From: Vicugna vicugna
Lineage: Eukaryota
DNA length: 64,000 bases
Direction: 5' to 3'
Assembly (NCBI GenBank): GCA_013265495.1
Contig: MU058065.1
Span: 3,637,003 to 3,701,002 of the forward strand
Below are positions 1 through 11,803 of this stretch, piece after piece. Under the pieces are notes generated by a model. The model did not search any database. It saw only the letters and a program-made list of their open reading frames with translations, and was not told where the DNA came from. How positions within the stretch are numbered: the stretch's first letter is position 1; each line of letters opens with the position of its first letter. Made by a program: the position numbers and the translations under genes.

Positions 1-10
1 AAACCCCTAG

Positions 11-34
11 TTTTATAACTTATAAGTTATAAAA
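11..34. repeat. Perfect 24-bp AT-rich palindrome
   Basis: TTTTATAACTTATAAGTTATAAAA equals its own reverse complement. Confidence 0.95.
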
Positions 35-873
35 TTACCTACCACTTTAATTTTGTTTTTATGTACACACATTCTGGGTATTGTAAAACATATACAAGAT
101 GGAAGTTAAACATTTTAGGATTCTCAAGAAGAAACAAATGATGTTTTATGCATTTTGGAGTCTTATTTTATTCATTATTGTATACAGTGTACTCTCTCGC
201 TCTCACTAGAATATCATTACTATATTTCTTAGTTAATATGAATTATATTTTATTAAGACCAGTGTGATCAAACATGCTCCATTATTTTGAAAATATAGGT
301 TAAATATATTATGAAACAGTTATTTGAAAATTGTCTCAAGTTCAGTTTATTTTGATCCTTGGTTCAAATAGATTTCATAGTTGGAAAAAAAAAACTTTCA
401 AAGGTGCATAGATCCAAATGAAAGACATACGTCCACGGCTGGGCTTTCTAAATCATGACACTCATTTTTTAAATTCCATCCTTCAATCATGCAACATTTT
501 TTTGAAATTTGGCTGATACATTTGTGTATTCTCTGATGTCATTTAGGTTTTTGTTTTTCAAACTAATTAGAATTTGCTAAATTTTTGTATTTTTAACAAG
601 CTTTTAAAAAATTTTTGAAGCTTCTCATTTGGAAGATTTCAAAACAGGTTAGAAACTTGGCTTCTGGGTTTGAGTGCACAGATCTAAATTTTTATAGTGA
701 CGTAAGGTTTTTCCTTCCACAAGTCATGTAACAATGAAAATATTTTTAAACTGTTGTTTCAAAATACTTGAAATTCATCATTTGAATTATTCTCTAAAAG
801 CAATATTGTTTCCCAGTTATTACTGAACTACTACTTTTATTCTGAAGGAATAGATGGAATTTAAATGTGTCTG

Positions 874-929
<56 letters not shown>
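874..929. repeat. (TCTA)14 tetranucleotide microsatellite
   Basis: Uninterrupted TCTA run; explains the SIYL repeats of ORF 854..1096. Confidence 0.97.
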
Positions 930-1430
930 GATATAAATACACAGAGCTATATGATACAGATCTGCTAGGTAACATACAACTGAGAACTACTTGTTATCAT
1001 AGAAAATGTTGCCAAATTTGGAACATTTGCACTGTAGTGAAAGAAAAATATGTAGCTCTTTTCTCAGGTTGGGAAACTTTCAAAATACTTTATTAAGGGG
1101 CAATCAGGAAACCTCTCAGGTACCAAATCTTTTCAGGATTACTCTGTCTCGTGAAAAGCACGATGAACATTCTGTTACAGAAAAGTGCCAGTTTTTGGAA
1201 AAGTAGGCACCTCAGTGGCCTCCTCAGGAACTTTGTGCATTTCTGGCTTTCACTTCGTTGCGACAGCTCTGAGTGGGGTAGGGTCTGAGTTTCAAGTGTG
1301 CCGATATCCCTGTAATCTTGGTCCCGAATGATTTGTTTGTGCCAGACAAACATTTTTCTTGTTCATTATCATGCAAGAAACTTTAAAAATGACTTAAAAA
1401 CATTTTCCATTAAGTTTCAGAGAAATTTTG

Positions 1431-1460
1431 GTGCTCGCTTCGGCAGCACATATACTAAAA
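1431..1460 (+). pseudogene. RNU6: 3'-truncated (tailless) U6 snRNA retropseudogene, U6 nt 1-30
   Basis: GTGCTCGCTTCGGCAGCACATATACTAAAA is the U6 5' end; flanked by 19-bp direct repeats AAGTTTCAGAGAAATT(T/C)TG at 1412-1430 and 1462-1480. Confidence 0.93.
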
Positions 1461-1880
1461 AAAGTTTCAGAGAAATTCTGTAAAGCCCTGACTGAGTATT
1501 ATTTGGCTTTAAAAGCTGCTGGGGAAAAAAAAAATCACAGTTTGGATTTCATGTTCTTGATGCTTAGATTTTAAATGCCTTGTTAATCATGATAACTGGA
1601 CTCCATCATTAAATAATATCTCAGGGCCTTCATATATACCTTGGGCAAGGTCATCGATCAATATAGTAGATAAAGACCTCATACTTCAGAGTTTTGTTCG
1701 TGTCTAATTTTGCTGGTGGCCCTTTCATCAGATCTAAGTAGACTGTCATTGTTTTTACCGACGTGACTCTAAAGAGCTTGTATTGGAGACAGGAGAATTC
1801 TCAGCTCTGTCTTTTTTTCCTTTATGTTCATTTGTACTTCTGTTATTTGCATTATCTTCAATGCATTTTTTTTGCTAGAC

Positions 1881-2009
1881 TTTTTTTTTTTCATGGGGGG
1901 AGGTAATTAGGTTTATGTATTTATTTTTAATGGAGGTACTGGGGATTGAACCCGGGACCTCATGCTTGCTAAACATGTGCTGTACCACTGAGCTGTATAC
2001 ACTCCCCCC
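1881..2009 (-). mobile_element. tRNA-derived SINE, camelid Vic-1-like, full form
   Basis: Minus strand reads GGGGAGTG..AGCTCAGTGG (A box)..GGTTCAATCCC (B box)..ACCTCCATTAAAAATAAAT..CCTAATTACCTCCCCCC-A tail; TSD TTGC(T/C)AGACT at 1872-1881 and 2010-2019. Confidence 0.85.
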
Positions 2010-2799
2010 TTGCCAGACTCTTTTTAATTCACTTGTCCATTTTGTTACTTGATTCAGTTAAAACCAGATAATGTCACTCCTAACACAGTTTAGCCGGGCT
2101 CATGTAAACTGCAGAATTTTCCAGTGTGCTGTGCTAGATGAATGCCAGAGCACAGGTGTTGCCTTCCAGCCCCACTCTGTTAGGAAGCTTCTGTTCTCCC
2201 CTCAGGTCACCCCACGTGGCACACAGGCTGAGTGAGGGCGCTAGCACCAACCCGTCCATTAAATATTAGGAAAGCACAATTTATCTTTTATAATATTACA
2301 AAGTATAAGCAGAATGCCTGAGGTTATTTCCTTCCACCTCAGCAGTCGCTTTGAGCGTCCTCTCGGGTGTGTACTACCACTCACTCCGTTAACACGACAG
2401 CTGTAGAGCATAACTGGAACAAGTGCTCACAGATGCAGGACAGACAGATGCAGGATGTCCAACCCTGACCTTCTAGGATCCATCCCCGGGGCAGTGAGGC
2501 CATGCTGAGATACACAGGACAGAGCATGCTGTCCTCACCCCATATACGCTGTGTGTGTGTGTGTGTGAATGTCACGTCCATCACCCCAATCATGCTGGTA
2601 GAGGAAGCATGCATTATACATTTCTTACAATGTTGCAGATTATTATAAACTACCAGAGTAAGAAAATTCATCCTAAGAATTATACTGGCGTAGCCATGAT
2701 TTGAAGGTAACATATCAAAACTGTGGAGAAAATGACGGTTAAAGCCTTAATACTGATAGTAATTTATACATTCCTCATCTTCCCAGATAGACAGAATTG

Positions 2800-2915
2800 T
2801 ATGTTCCATAAATGCAAACTCACATGTCTTGTTCACTGCACTGTCCCACTGCACAGAGATGAGTATGAAAGAGGTATTCAGTAAACATTTGTTGAATAAA
2901 TGAATGAAAAAATAA
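2800..2915 (+). mobile_element. L2 3' end fragment
   Basis: TGTCTTGTTCACTGCACTGTCC...AGTAAACATTTGTTGAATAAATGAATGAA, the L2 terminal signature. Confidence 0.6.
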
Positions 2916-3104
2916 GCAGTAGATGGTTCATGCACTTATTTCCTTCCTGGCCTCACACTGTTTTCTTACACTTGTTTTCCTTTTGCACTGATTTGCGTGT
3001 GTGTTTATTTTATCTTGTTGTATTTCATATACATTTATAAGCTGCTTTGAATCATATAGTGATAAGATTATAGATATTAAGCTAACTGTAGATATCCTTA
3101 AATG

Positions 3105-3335
3105 TAAGTGCTTATGTTGCTCCTGAGTGCTAGGCATTTGGCTCAGTATCTCATAGACATTTGCTTATTTAATTATCACACCACCAGCCCTGTGAGGTAG
3201 GTATGACTAGTTCTATTTTAAGGAAAAAAATGAGGCTTGGAAACATTACAGTACTCGTGTAAAGTCACACTGGGATGAAACTGAAGTTCTGGGATTTTAA
3301 TTATGATTTACTTCTTTCCAGAGCTTGTGCTTTTA
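3105..3335 (-). mobile_element. MIR SINE
   Basis: CCCTGTGAGGTAGGTA...AAATGAGGCTTGG...AAAGTCACAC, reverse MIR core. Confidence 0.6.
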
Positions 3336-5831
3336 GAATGTTTACAACTGATTGACAATGAGATTATTAAAAATTGGGGTGGGGGATAACATAGTAAGAC
3401 TTTTTGATTGTTTGCCAATCCATGATTTTCTTATAGCACATCTTCTTGGATTTACTGTTTTGAAATGTCCTTTAAGATTTTCTCGGTATTTGGGCCAACT
3501 TGCCTACATCACATCCTATATGGGCTACCTAGATCATATTTGGCTGGATATTACCCTTTGACATTTTATATGTCTGTGAAAATAAATCATTTAATTTTTC
3601 TTAGGTAATATTTCAAAATGAGTCTCGGTTCTATCTGAGTATCTTCATCATTGAGAAAATCCTCCTTCATTTAGAATGTGAATCAAATGGGACCTCAGAC
3701 CTGGAAGGAAACAATTACAAAGCTGGACAAGATTTTCAGAAGGATGCTGTGTAGTATTTTATCTGGAGAGTCCTATATCACATATTCCAAACTCAAGTGT
3801 GAAAAAAAATTTTTTTCAGCTTCTGAGCATGAGTCATTTTTTGTTCTATAAGCATCTCTTGAAAAGAATTTGTCTTTTTCTCTCTCAAAAGTCTGCTATT
3901 CATTCCAGGTTTCTTCAATGTAAATAGCTTACTTTTTATTTTGGCCAACAAGAACCTTACATCTTTTTCCTACTATTCTCCACCTCCTCAAAATGTGAAA
4001 TCATCTGTAAGCTTTCAGAGTGTCGTTGTGGAAATTACTCACCCTCAGAGAATTTCATGGCAATAACCCCAGCCACATTCCAGATAAGTTAAGTGTGCAT
4101 GAATTACTGCAGCTCTGATACTCCTCTGTCAGGAGCATGTCGGATGTCACAATCTTCCTTAATCCAGTGACACACACCTCTGCCCAGTCCTAGGTGATTT
4201 CAAGGCAAACCCTGTTTTTCGTTTCTACATAAAACCCTAAGGCATAAAACAACCTCATAAGCTCTCTAGTAGGTTCTATAGGGTGTAAAAAATGGAAATT
4301 AACTGATTTTTATTGTGTACGTGTGTTTAAAAACATGAAGGAGATACCAAAATTGGAATCATCAGTGTATCTTGAAAAAGTGAGTTGTCTCAATTGTCCT
4401 TAATTTTCCTACTGGATCTTTCATGAAGGCACATGTAATACAAAAATATATAAGTCAAGCCAAAGGATAGAAATAAGTTTATCTAATTCCAGATATGAAA
4501 CTGTGTGGGTGATAAAAATGAGTTTCACTGGAGTGGATGTTTCAAGAACGTCTTCTGGGGCTTTCGCCTGAGGCTGAAACCATTCTCAGTTACTTTAAAG
4601 GGTTAAGTACTTGAAACAGCACTGTTTCCCTGTTAAGATTCATGTGACTTATCACTTGGAAAACAAAAAGAACAGAGAAGAGTTTTGTTGGGGATCTCCA
4701 TTCTCCCAATTATTCCTCAAAAAACATGTTTTCAGATGGCTAGAGGGGGAAATCGACATACACAGAAATGGTTAAATTCTTACTTGGAATTCCATGGGAA
4801 TTAGCAGTCTGTCGACCAAGGCTGTGGCCGAAAATGTCATGGTCCAACCATGACTTCCTATGGGGCTGCTGCTCATGGCCAGTTTCTTGTTTTTCTTTCT
4901 TCAGTGCATACATATGCCCAGAGGCTGTTTGTAATGGGAGAATTTTAAGAAATTCATAAATTTAAAACACCCCACACATACAAAATTCTTTCTGAATGCG
5001 TCGTCCTAAAATTCTTTTCCCGAATTCACATCAAATAAAGCAGCGTAAGAGCCATCTCTTTGTAATAGTCTGTCTTAACACTTGATTTTCATTGATCTTG
5101 ACCTATGATACTAGGCAGTATCATGAATAGAGCAATATAAATTGATTATCTGAGGTTAAATGGCAAAAATCACCCTTTCATGTTTATTTCTTTGAAATAA
5201 ACACACCTTACACTTAATTTCAGAGCCAACAAACATAGTCTGAAGAAATAATGCAAATCTGTATGCCTTGACACGGTTTTCACATGTACATTTAAAAAAG
5301 TACGTGTATGATATGAATTAACTTGCTTTGTATACAAAAGAAATACAGACTCTTCAAACAGCAAACATCTGATCTTTAAGAACGAAGTTCATTGAGGTTA
5401 AATTGGGCTCAGAGAATTTAAGGTTAAAAAGAAAGAAAAGGGAGATTATACTTCTCCTTTATGGCAGGAAAAAGCTCATTTCCAGAGTAGAAACTCCTGA
5501 AATCCATAAAATACGTTCCAGATCCTGGATTTGGTGAGTTCATGCATCATATCTGGACACTTCTGCTACTGAAAGACTTGGGACCAATTTCCTTTTATTT
5601 ATTGAATAGGGATAAAACTGTCCCAAGTATATATGAGAGACAAGTTTAAAAATTAAAGTGATTGATATTCTGTTCTATTTAACCCTAATGATCTCCTTTT
5701 ATAAATTCAACTTTTGAGACACTGAAAACCCAAAGTTGCAATGTGGGACAGACCCAGAAATGCAGAACTTTGATGAACACCTGCTAAGCCAATAGCAAAA
5801 CAATTCAAAAAGGAAGTGACAATACTTGAAC

Positions 5832-6035
5832 CAGGGCTTCTTAAGCTCTTTCATGCCATGGACCCTTTGGCAGTCAGGTAAACGGTCCCTTTCTCAGAAT
5901 ATTGTTTCTAAATGCATAAAACAAAATGCACAGGATTACAAAGAAATCAATTATGCTGAAATAAAATGTTGATCAAAATATGAAAAAAATTACCGAATTT
6001 GTGACATAGTGATACTTGTATTTTTCTTTAATGTT
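5832..6035 (+). mobile_element. hAT-Charlie non-autonomous DNA transposon fragment (MER119-like)
   Basis: CAGGGCTTCT...GCCATGGACCCTTTGGCAGTC...TTCTCAGAATA...AAATGCATAAAA; truncated where the L1 begins. Confidence 0.55.
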
Positions 6036-6047
6036 CAGTATGTGAAA

Positions 6048-7385
6048 CTTTTTTTATTGAGGTATAATTAATGTGTAACATTATATAAGTTTCAAGTATA
6101 CAAAAGAGATTCACAGTTTTTAAAAGTTATATTCCATTTATAGTTATTACAAAATACTGGCTATATTCCCTGTGTTGTACAATATATCCTTGTAGCTTAT
6201 TTATAATTATACAAAGTAGTTTGTACCTCTTAATCCCAACCACCTTTTCCCCACTGGTAATCACTAGTTTGTGCTCTATATGTTTGAGTCTGTTTCTTTT
6301 TTGTTACATTCATTCACTAGCTTGTTTTATTTTTTAGATTCCACATATAAGTGATACCACGCAGTATTTGTCTTTCTCTGTCTGACTCATTTCATTTAGC
6401 ATAATACCCTCCAAATCCATCCATGCTGTTGCAAATGCCAAAATTTCATTCTTTTTAACGACTGAGTATTATTCCATTGTGTATATATATCACATCTTCT
6501 TTATCCATTCATCTGCTGATGGACACTTAGGTTGCTTCTACATCTTGGCAATTGTAAATGCTGTTGTGAGCATTGGGGCAAATGTATCTTTTCCAATTAG
6601 CATTTTCATTTTTTCAGATATATACCCATGAGTGGAATTGCCGGTCATATAACAGTTTCATTTTCAGTTTTCTGAGAAATTTCCATACTGTTTTCCATAG
6701 TGGCTGCACCAATTTATATTCTCATCGCCAGTGTAGGAGGGATTCCTTTTCTCTACATCCTCGCCAACACTTATTATTTGTTGTCTTTTGGATAATAGCC
6801 ATTCTGACAGGTGTGAGGTGATATCTCATTGTAGTTTTGATTTGCATTTCCCTGATGATTAGTGATGTTCAACATCTTTTCATGTGCCTGTTAGCCTCCT
6901 GTGTGTCTTCTTTGGAAAAATGTCAATTTTTTAATTGGGTTGTTGTTGTTTTTTTCATTTGCAAACTCAGACACACACACACCTGCTAGAATTTTTATTG
7001 ATATTGTATTTTTAAAAAACACACACATATATTGGAAAGGATTGATATCTTTTCAGTACTAATTTTTCCAACCTATAAATATGAATACACCTCCATTTAT
7101 ATAGATTTTTATTTCTCTCAGTGATAATGTATACCTTTCTCGGTGGAAGGCAAGCATATTTACTTAAAATGAGGAATATCTTCTAACTGTAAAATGGTCA
7201 ATTCGACAAGAATACTCTTAAATTTATATACAACTAAGAATATAGTTTCAAAATATATAAAGCAAAATGTGATAAAACCAAAAGGAGAAATAGAAGATCC
7301 ACAGTTACAACTGGAGAAGGTTGTCTATTTTTTTTATGTTAAGTTGTATGAGCTGTTTATTTATGTTGGATATTAATCACTTACT
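6048..7385 (-). mobile_element. L1 3' end (3'UTR plus ORF2 C-terminus), interrupted at 6957-7318
   Basis: T-run then TTATTGAGGTATAATT...TTAGATTCCACATATAAGTGAT...TGGCTGCACCAATTTA...ACAGGTGTGAGGTGATATCTCATTG; same element resumes at 7319 GGTTGT..AAGTTGTATGAGCTG. Confidence 0.9.
6957..7318. mobile_element. Insert of older, more diverged L1M ORF2 pieces in opposite orientations (post-RT region minus ~6980-7165; endonuclease region plus ~7166-7318)
   Basis: ORF 7194.. ILLNLYTTKNIVSKYIKQNVIKPKGEI resembles L1 EN (ILNIYAPN..SKYMKQKL.ELKGEI); left part resembles antisense L1 ORF2. Confidence 0.7.
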
Positions 7386-8414
7386 TTTTAAAAAGTGCAA
7401 GAAGGACAGTAGAACCCATTTAAAGTTTACTCCATTTTGCCTGTAATTATATTCTGTCAAATAGCACTATTTGATTTGTCTTATATTTTTGTTTAACTTT
7501 TAATGTGCATACATCTAATCAAGAAAGTTGTTACAAATTCTTCAAGAGAAGAAATGTGTCTTATACTCTTTTCTGCATTTAGAAAATGTCTAGCAGAGTG
7601 ACATGCACAGAGCGGAAACAGTATTTGCAGATTGAAAGAAACAACAGGCTATAAAATACCAATATTCACAGTGCACCTTTCAAAACCTTTCCCTAGAGAA
7701 GCTGGAAGTTACTTGTGTTTTCACTTCATTTATCTTTTTGCTCTTGAGGTATGAAGACATAAATGAAAAATGACCAAAAAATGGGTACAGATAAGTTATT
7801 CCACAGAAAACTTGTGAGGTTCATGAAACTTTATCATTAGAGATTAAGAATAGATTATTTAGACCAGCTACCTGCCAAATTAATGCCACATTGTACTATC
7901 TGGCCACCTAGCTTTAAAGCTCCTGTGGCAGGGAACTGATTACTTTCTGAGACAATTTTTCTTGTAATCATCGTATTGGTAGGAAGAACTTCCTCAGAAT
8001 GAGGAATATTTTGTGTTCCCTTCCCTGTTAGGAAATCTTATGAGAGAAAGGGTTGCAGAGTACCATGAGGCAAGAATTTTGCCCTGAAGGGCTCTGTCTG
8101 AAGACGGGAGAAAAGAGAAAAAGACATTGATTCTCCCTGTAGTCACAACTGAAATGATGGCAACAAAATAACTTAATGATCCCATGTGACTGAGACATCA
8201 TCTTTTGAAAAGCATTCTGTTGCAGAATTTATCATGTGACATGTCTGGAATTAAGCATAATAAATTTGCATTCTTGCTTTAACTTCATGAACTGCTGTAA
8301 GTTCCTAACTGCTTTTTAAGCTTTAGGTCCTCTGAAAAATGGCAGTAGTAATACCTGTCATGTTGAATTTCTAATAAAAATTAAACAAGATAATGTAGTT
8401 CAGTACTTAGCACA

Positions 8415-8915
8415 TTAGTGGAATGCTTTCAGCTGCAGGTAACAGGAGACCCAAAATGGCTCAAACAATAGGGAGGTTGGTTATCCTACATAATAAGTTT
8501 AGAAGTAGGAATATTTTAGGATTTGGCTTATAGAATTTAACCATGTCATCAGAGATCCAGGTTGTTTTTCCGTCTTTCTGCCTTAGCCTTCCTCATCAGA
8601 TTGCTTGTATCCTCAGGCTTGTTAAGATGGCTAAATAGCTTCAAATATCATTTCCTTATATAATACGCCCCACAGCAGGTGTTTTTCTTGCACCTCCTTG
8701 GTCAAGATGCACCACATGCTCATTTCATAAATCAATTACTGGAAAGGGGGTGAGATTACTATGATTGATTTAAATGAGTCAGGTACTACTTTCTGTGGCT
8801 GGGGAAGATTACTCAGCTCCTTTCTAGGAAGTGGCTACTTGATTACTGAGCAAAAAATATTAACAAAGAAAATGAGGAGAAATGGATACTTGGAGATAAC
8901 CAACAGTGTCTGTCA
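8415..8915 (-). mobile_element. Old MaLR LTR (MLT1J/K-like), flanked by MIR fragments ~8235-8415 and ~8960-9130
   Basis: AATGCTTTCAGCTGCAGGTAACAGGAGACCC..TGGCTCAAACAATAGG...AAGATGGCT...CCAACAGTGTCTGTCA. Confidence 0.6.
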
Positions 8916-10011
8916 TATTACCCTTCATGTACTACATCATTATAAATCAAGAAAGATATAGAATTATGGTGCAGTGGCTAGAACATGACTCCACCAGTGC
9001 CTCATTGTATATGGTCTTGGACAAGTCATTTAGTCTTTCAAGCCCCAGTTTTTCTATCTGCAAAATGCAGGTGAGTAATTATGCCTATTCCTGAGAGTCA
9101 TAGGAGGATAATGTACTTGAAAGCCATTTATCAAAAGAGCTCTCTTTGATTTTTATTTAAACTTGTAAATAGACAACGTATTATAATAGCATTATGATGA
9201 CTTCTTATGAAGAATAGAATTATGCAGCTTTTTAGTTTCAAAGCTGACAACTGAAACTGGCTCTCTTGTGGTTTCTCATATGATCTGTAAAAAAAATTTT
9301 ATAACTGTGTGCTATAATCAACATTCGGAAAGCACATACAATATAAAGGAACAGTTTAATAAGCTGATGTAAAACGAATACTTGTGTAACCCCTGTCCAG
9401 GTCAGGAAATAATGTTGCAAGTGCCCCAGGAGCCCCATGTCTTCATAGGTCCTTAAACATATATCTTTATAAAACTTTAAAATATATATTAACATAATCA
9501 ATACAATTTTTTTGCATCTACTAGTTTGACACTGTGTCATAATTATCCCAGATTCATTATGTTCTTGTATAGTCTCCTGCAGTAATAATTATCATTGTGC
9601 AAGCATTTATTGTGTGTATGTTTGGCACTGTGCCAGACATGATTCTGTCTCTTCATAAAGGCTTTCCTAAGTGTAGCATTCTTCCCACGATTAGAAGATA
9701 AAATTTTTATAAATGTGCTTTCTTCTGTTAAGCTCCAAAGCTCAGAATGTCAGATTATTGTGATCTTAAGCAAATCTTTCACAAAATTTGCAGAATAATC
9801 CATCTCTAAGTTTGTGTTTTTTTTTAAATACAAAGTTCTGTCAATTGTTGACAAAGAAATTTTTTAGAAGATTTAAGTTTTTCAGTAGATTTTTTCTTTT
9901 CTCTATTCATTTAGTATTTCTCTCTTTTTACTCATAAATATCACCTCCAAACTTTGCATGTTGATCTTTGTTGCTCTACAAATATTTATGTAGTTTAGTA
10001 ATGATTGGACT

Positions 10012-11700
10012 TGAGGATTTCCACTTCCAATCAAGTTGGAGTAATGGGGTTAGATTTACCCTCCTATCTAAAACAACTGAAGAATGGACAATAATATGGC
10101 AACACTCAAGATGCTGGACATTGGGCAGCCAAGGCCAGAAATCCCTGATAGAAAATAAATGAGGTGATCTTTGGAATCACCCCAGTTTATCTCCTTTAGG
10201 AAATTTCTAGGTTGCAATACACAAAGCAGAACACAGGAAGATGTGCACAGTGTCTCTGAGTTGAGGAGACAGTCCTGGGAAGACAAGGCAGCTAAAGTGG
10301 GAGGGCAGAACACCGAACATGAGAGAGCTTTACAGGGAGAGAGTGCCAGTGATTAGAACACATGCAGGGAAAACCCTTGAGGCTGGGAAAGAACCGCCCA
10401 GGACGATTAGAGGGAATGGTGCCTGGTGGTCACACAGGGCCAGGAACAGTGCTTGTTCCCAAAGGCCAGAGTGGAAAATCTCATAATTCACGGGGTATCA
10501 GGTAGAGTGCTAAGAAGGGTCTTTCCTGAATATCAGGGGAAATAAAACCTAGACTAAACACTGCTCTGATTCTTTTTTTTTTTTTAACACTGCTCTGATT
10601 CTGCCTAACTAAGCAAGATCAGAAAGGCTCAGACCGTTTTCAAGTAATTAAATTGTGCACAGAATAAAGTTCAAAAATACATATAGGAATACCAAAATAA
10701 CACCCGACAAGGTGAAGTTCAAGTTTTCATGGTGTTGGCACCCATGAAAAATTACCAAGGTGTAAAGAAGCAGGCAGATACTGTCAATAATGAGAAGAAA
10801 AAACAATTGAAACGGACCCAAACATGATACAGATGACATAATCAGTGGACAAGGACATTAAATAATTGCTATTACTGTCATCCGTATATTCAAGAAGCTA
10901 GAAGAAAGACTGATTATGTTGAGCAGAGACGTGGAAGATAAACAAATCACCCAGTCAATCTTCTAGAGATAAAAACAGACTCACAGAAAACAAACTTATG
11001 GTTACCAGAGGGGGAAGGGGGTGGGAAGAGATAAATTGGGAGTTAGAGATTTGCAGATACTAACTAATAAATATATATAAAATAGATAAACAAGTTCATA
11101 CTGTATAGCCCAGGGAACTATATTCAATATCTTGTAGTAACTTATTGTAAAAAAAAATGAAAACAAGTAAATGTATGTTCATGTATGACTGAAACATTAT
11201 GCTGTACACCAGAAATTGATACCACATTGTAAACTGACTATACTTCAAGAAAAAAAATATATACAAAGAACTGAAAACAACTCATAGTGTCTGAGATTTA
11301 AAAATAATACAGGAGATGAGATTGACATTGCAGAAAAAAGCATTAATTTTAAAAATACTATGAAGACATAGCAATAGGAACTATTCAAAATGCTATAGTG
11401 AGAAAAAAGACTGAAAAAAAGAAAGAATAAAACATCAGTGATCACTGGCACAATTTCAAATGGACAAGCATCCGTGTGATTGTAGTGCCTACAGGAGAGG
11501 GTATAAAATAAGGGAGGGCAGAAAGAATATTTCAAGAAGTGATTACTAGAAACTTGCTAAATTTGATGAAAGCTGTAAATTCACAGATCTAAATAGATCA
11601 ACGAATCCCAAGCACAAGAAACATGAAGAAAATGACATCAAAACACATCACAATTGATTTGCTTAAAACCAGTGATAGAGAGGAAATGCTAAAAGTAATG
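10012..11700 (+). mobile_element. Old L1M 5'UTR and decayed ORF1
   Basis: GAGGATTTCCACTTCC start typical of old L1M 5' ends; A-rich ORF1-like sequence to ~11700 (CAACGAATCCCAAGCACAAGAAACATGAAGAAAATGACATCAAAACACATCA). Confidence 0.75.
10972..11270 (+). mobile_element. Younger L1 3'UTR fragment nested in the old L1
   Basis: AACAGACTCACAGA..CTTATGGTTACCAGAGGGGG..GCTGTACACCAGAAATTGAT..TGTAAACTGACTATACTTCAA plus A tail; similar to 23580-23870. Confidence 0.88.
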
Positions 11701-11777
11701 ATCTATTTTCCCCAGCTCATACACTCAGGCACATAGACATTTTCAATCTCTCTCTCCATCCTTCATAGCACGTGTGT

Positions 11778-11803
11778 GCACACACACACACACACACACA
11801 CAC
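11778..11803. repeat. (CA)n microsatellite; other GT/CA tracts at ~2550-2567, 14098-14118, 24366-24390, 56792-56836
   Basis: Dinucleotide runs seen directly. Confidence 0.9.

Noticed and set aside
854..1096. ORF with SIYL repeats
   Set aside because: Translation of the (TCTA)n microsatellite.
1088..1381. Minus-strand terminal-exon-like segment with AATAAA near 1088-1093
   Set aside because: No frame gives a recognisable protein, and AATAAA is frequent in AT-rich DNA.
3701..4190. Minus-strand donor (GAGG|GTGAGT at 4042) and acceptor (TTCCTTCCAG at 3701)
   Set aside because: The frames I translated hit stops and no peptide was recognisable; there is no support beyond splice-like motifs.
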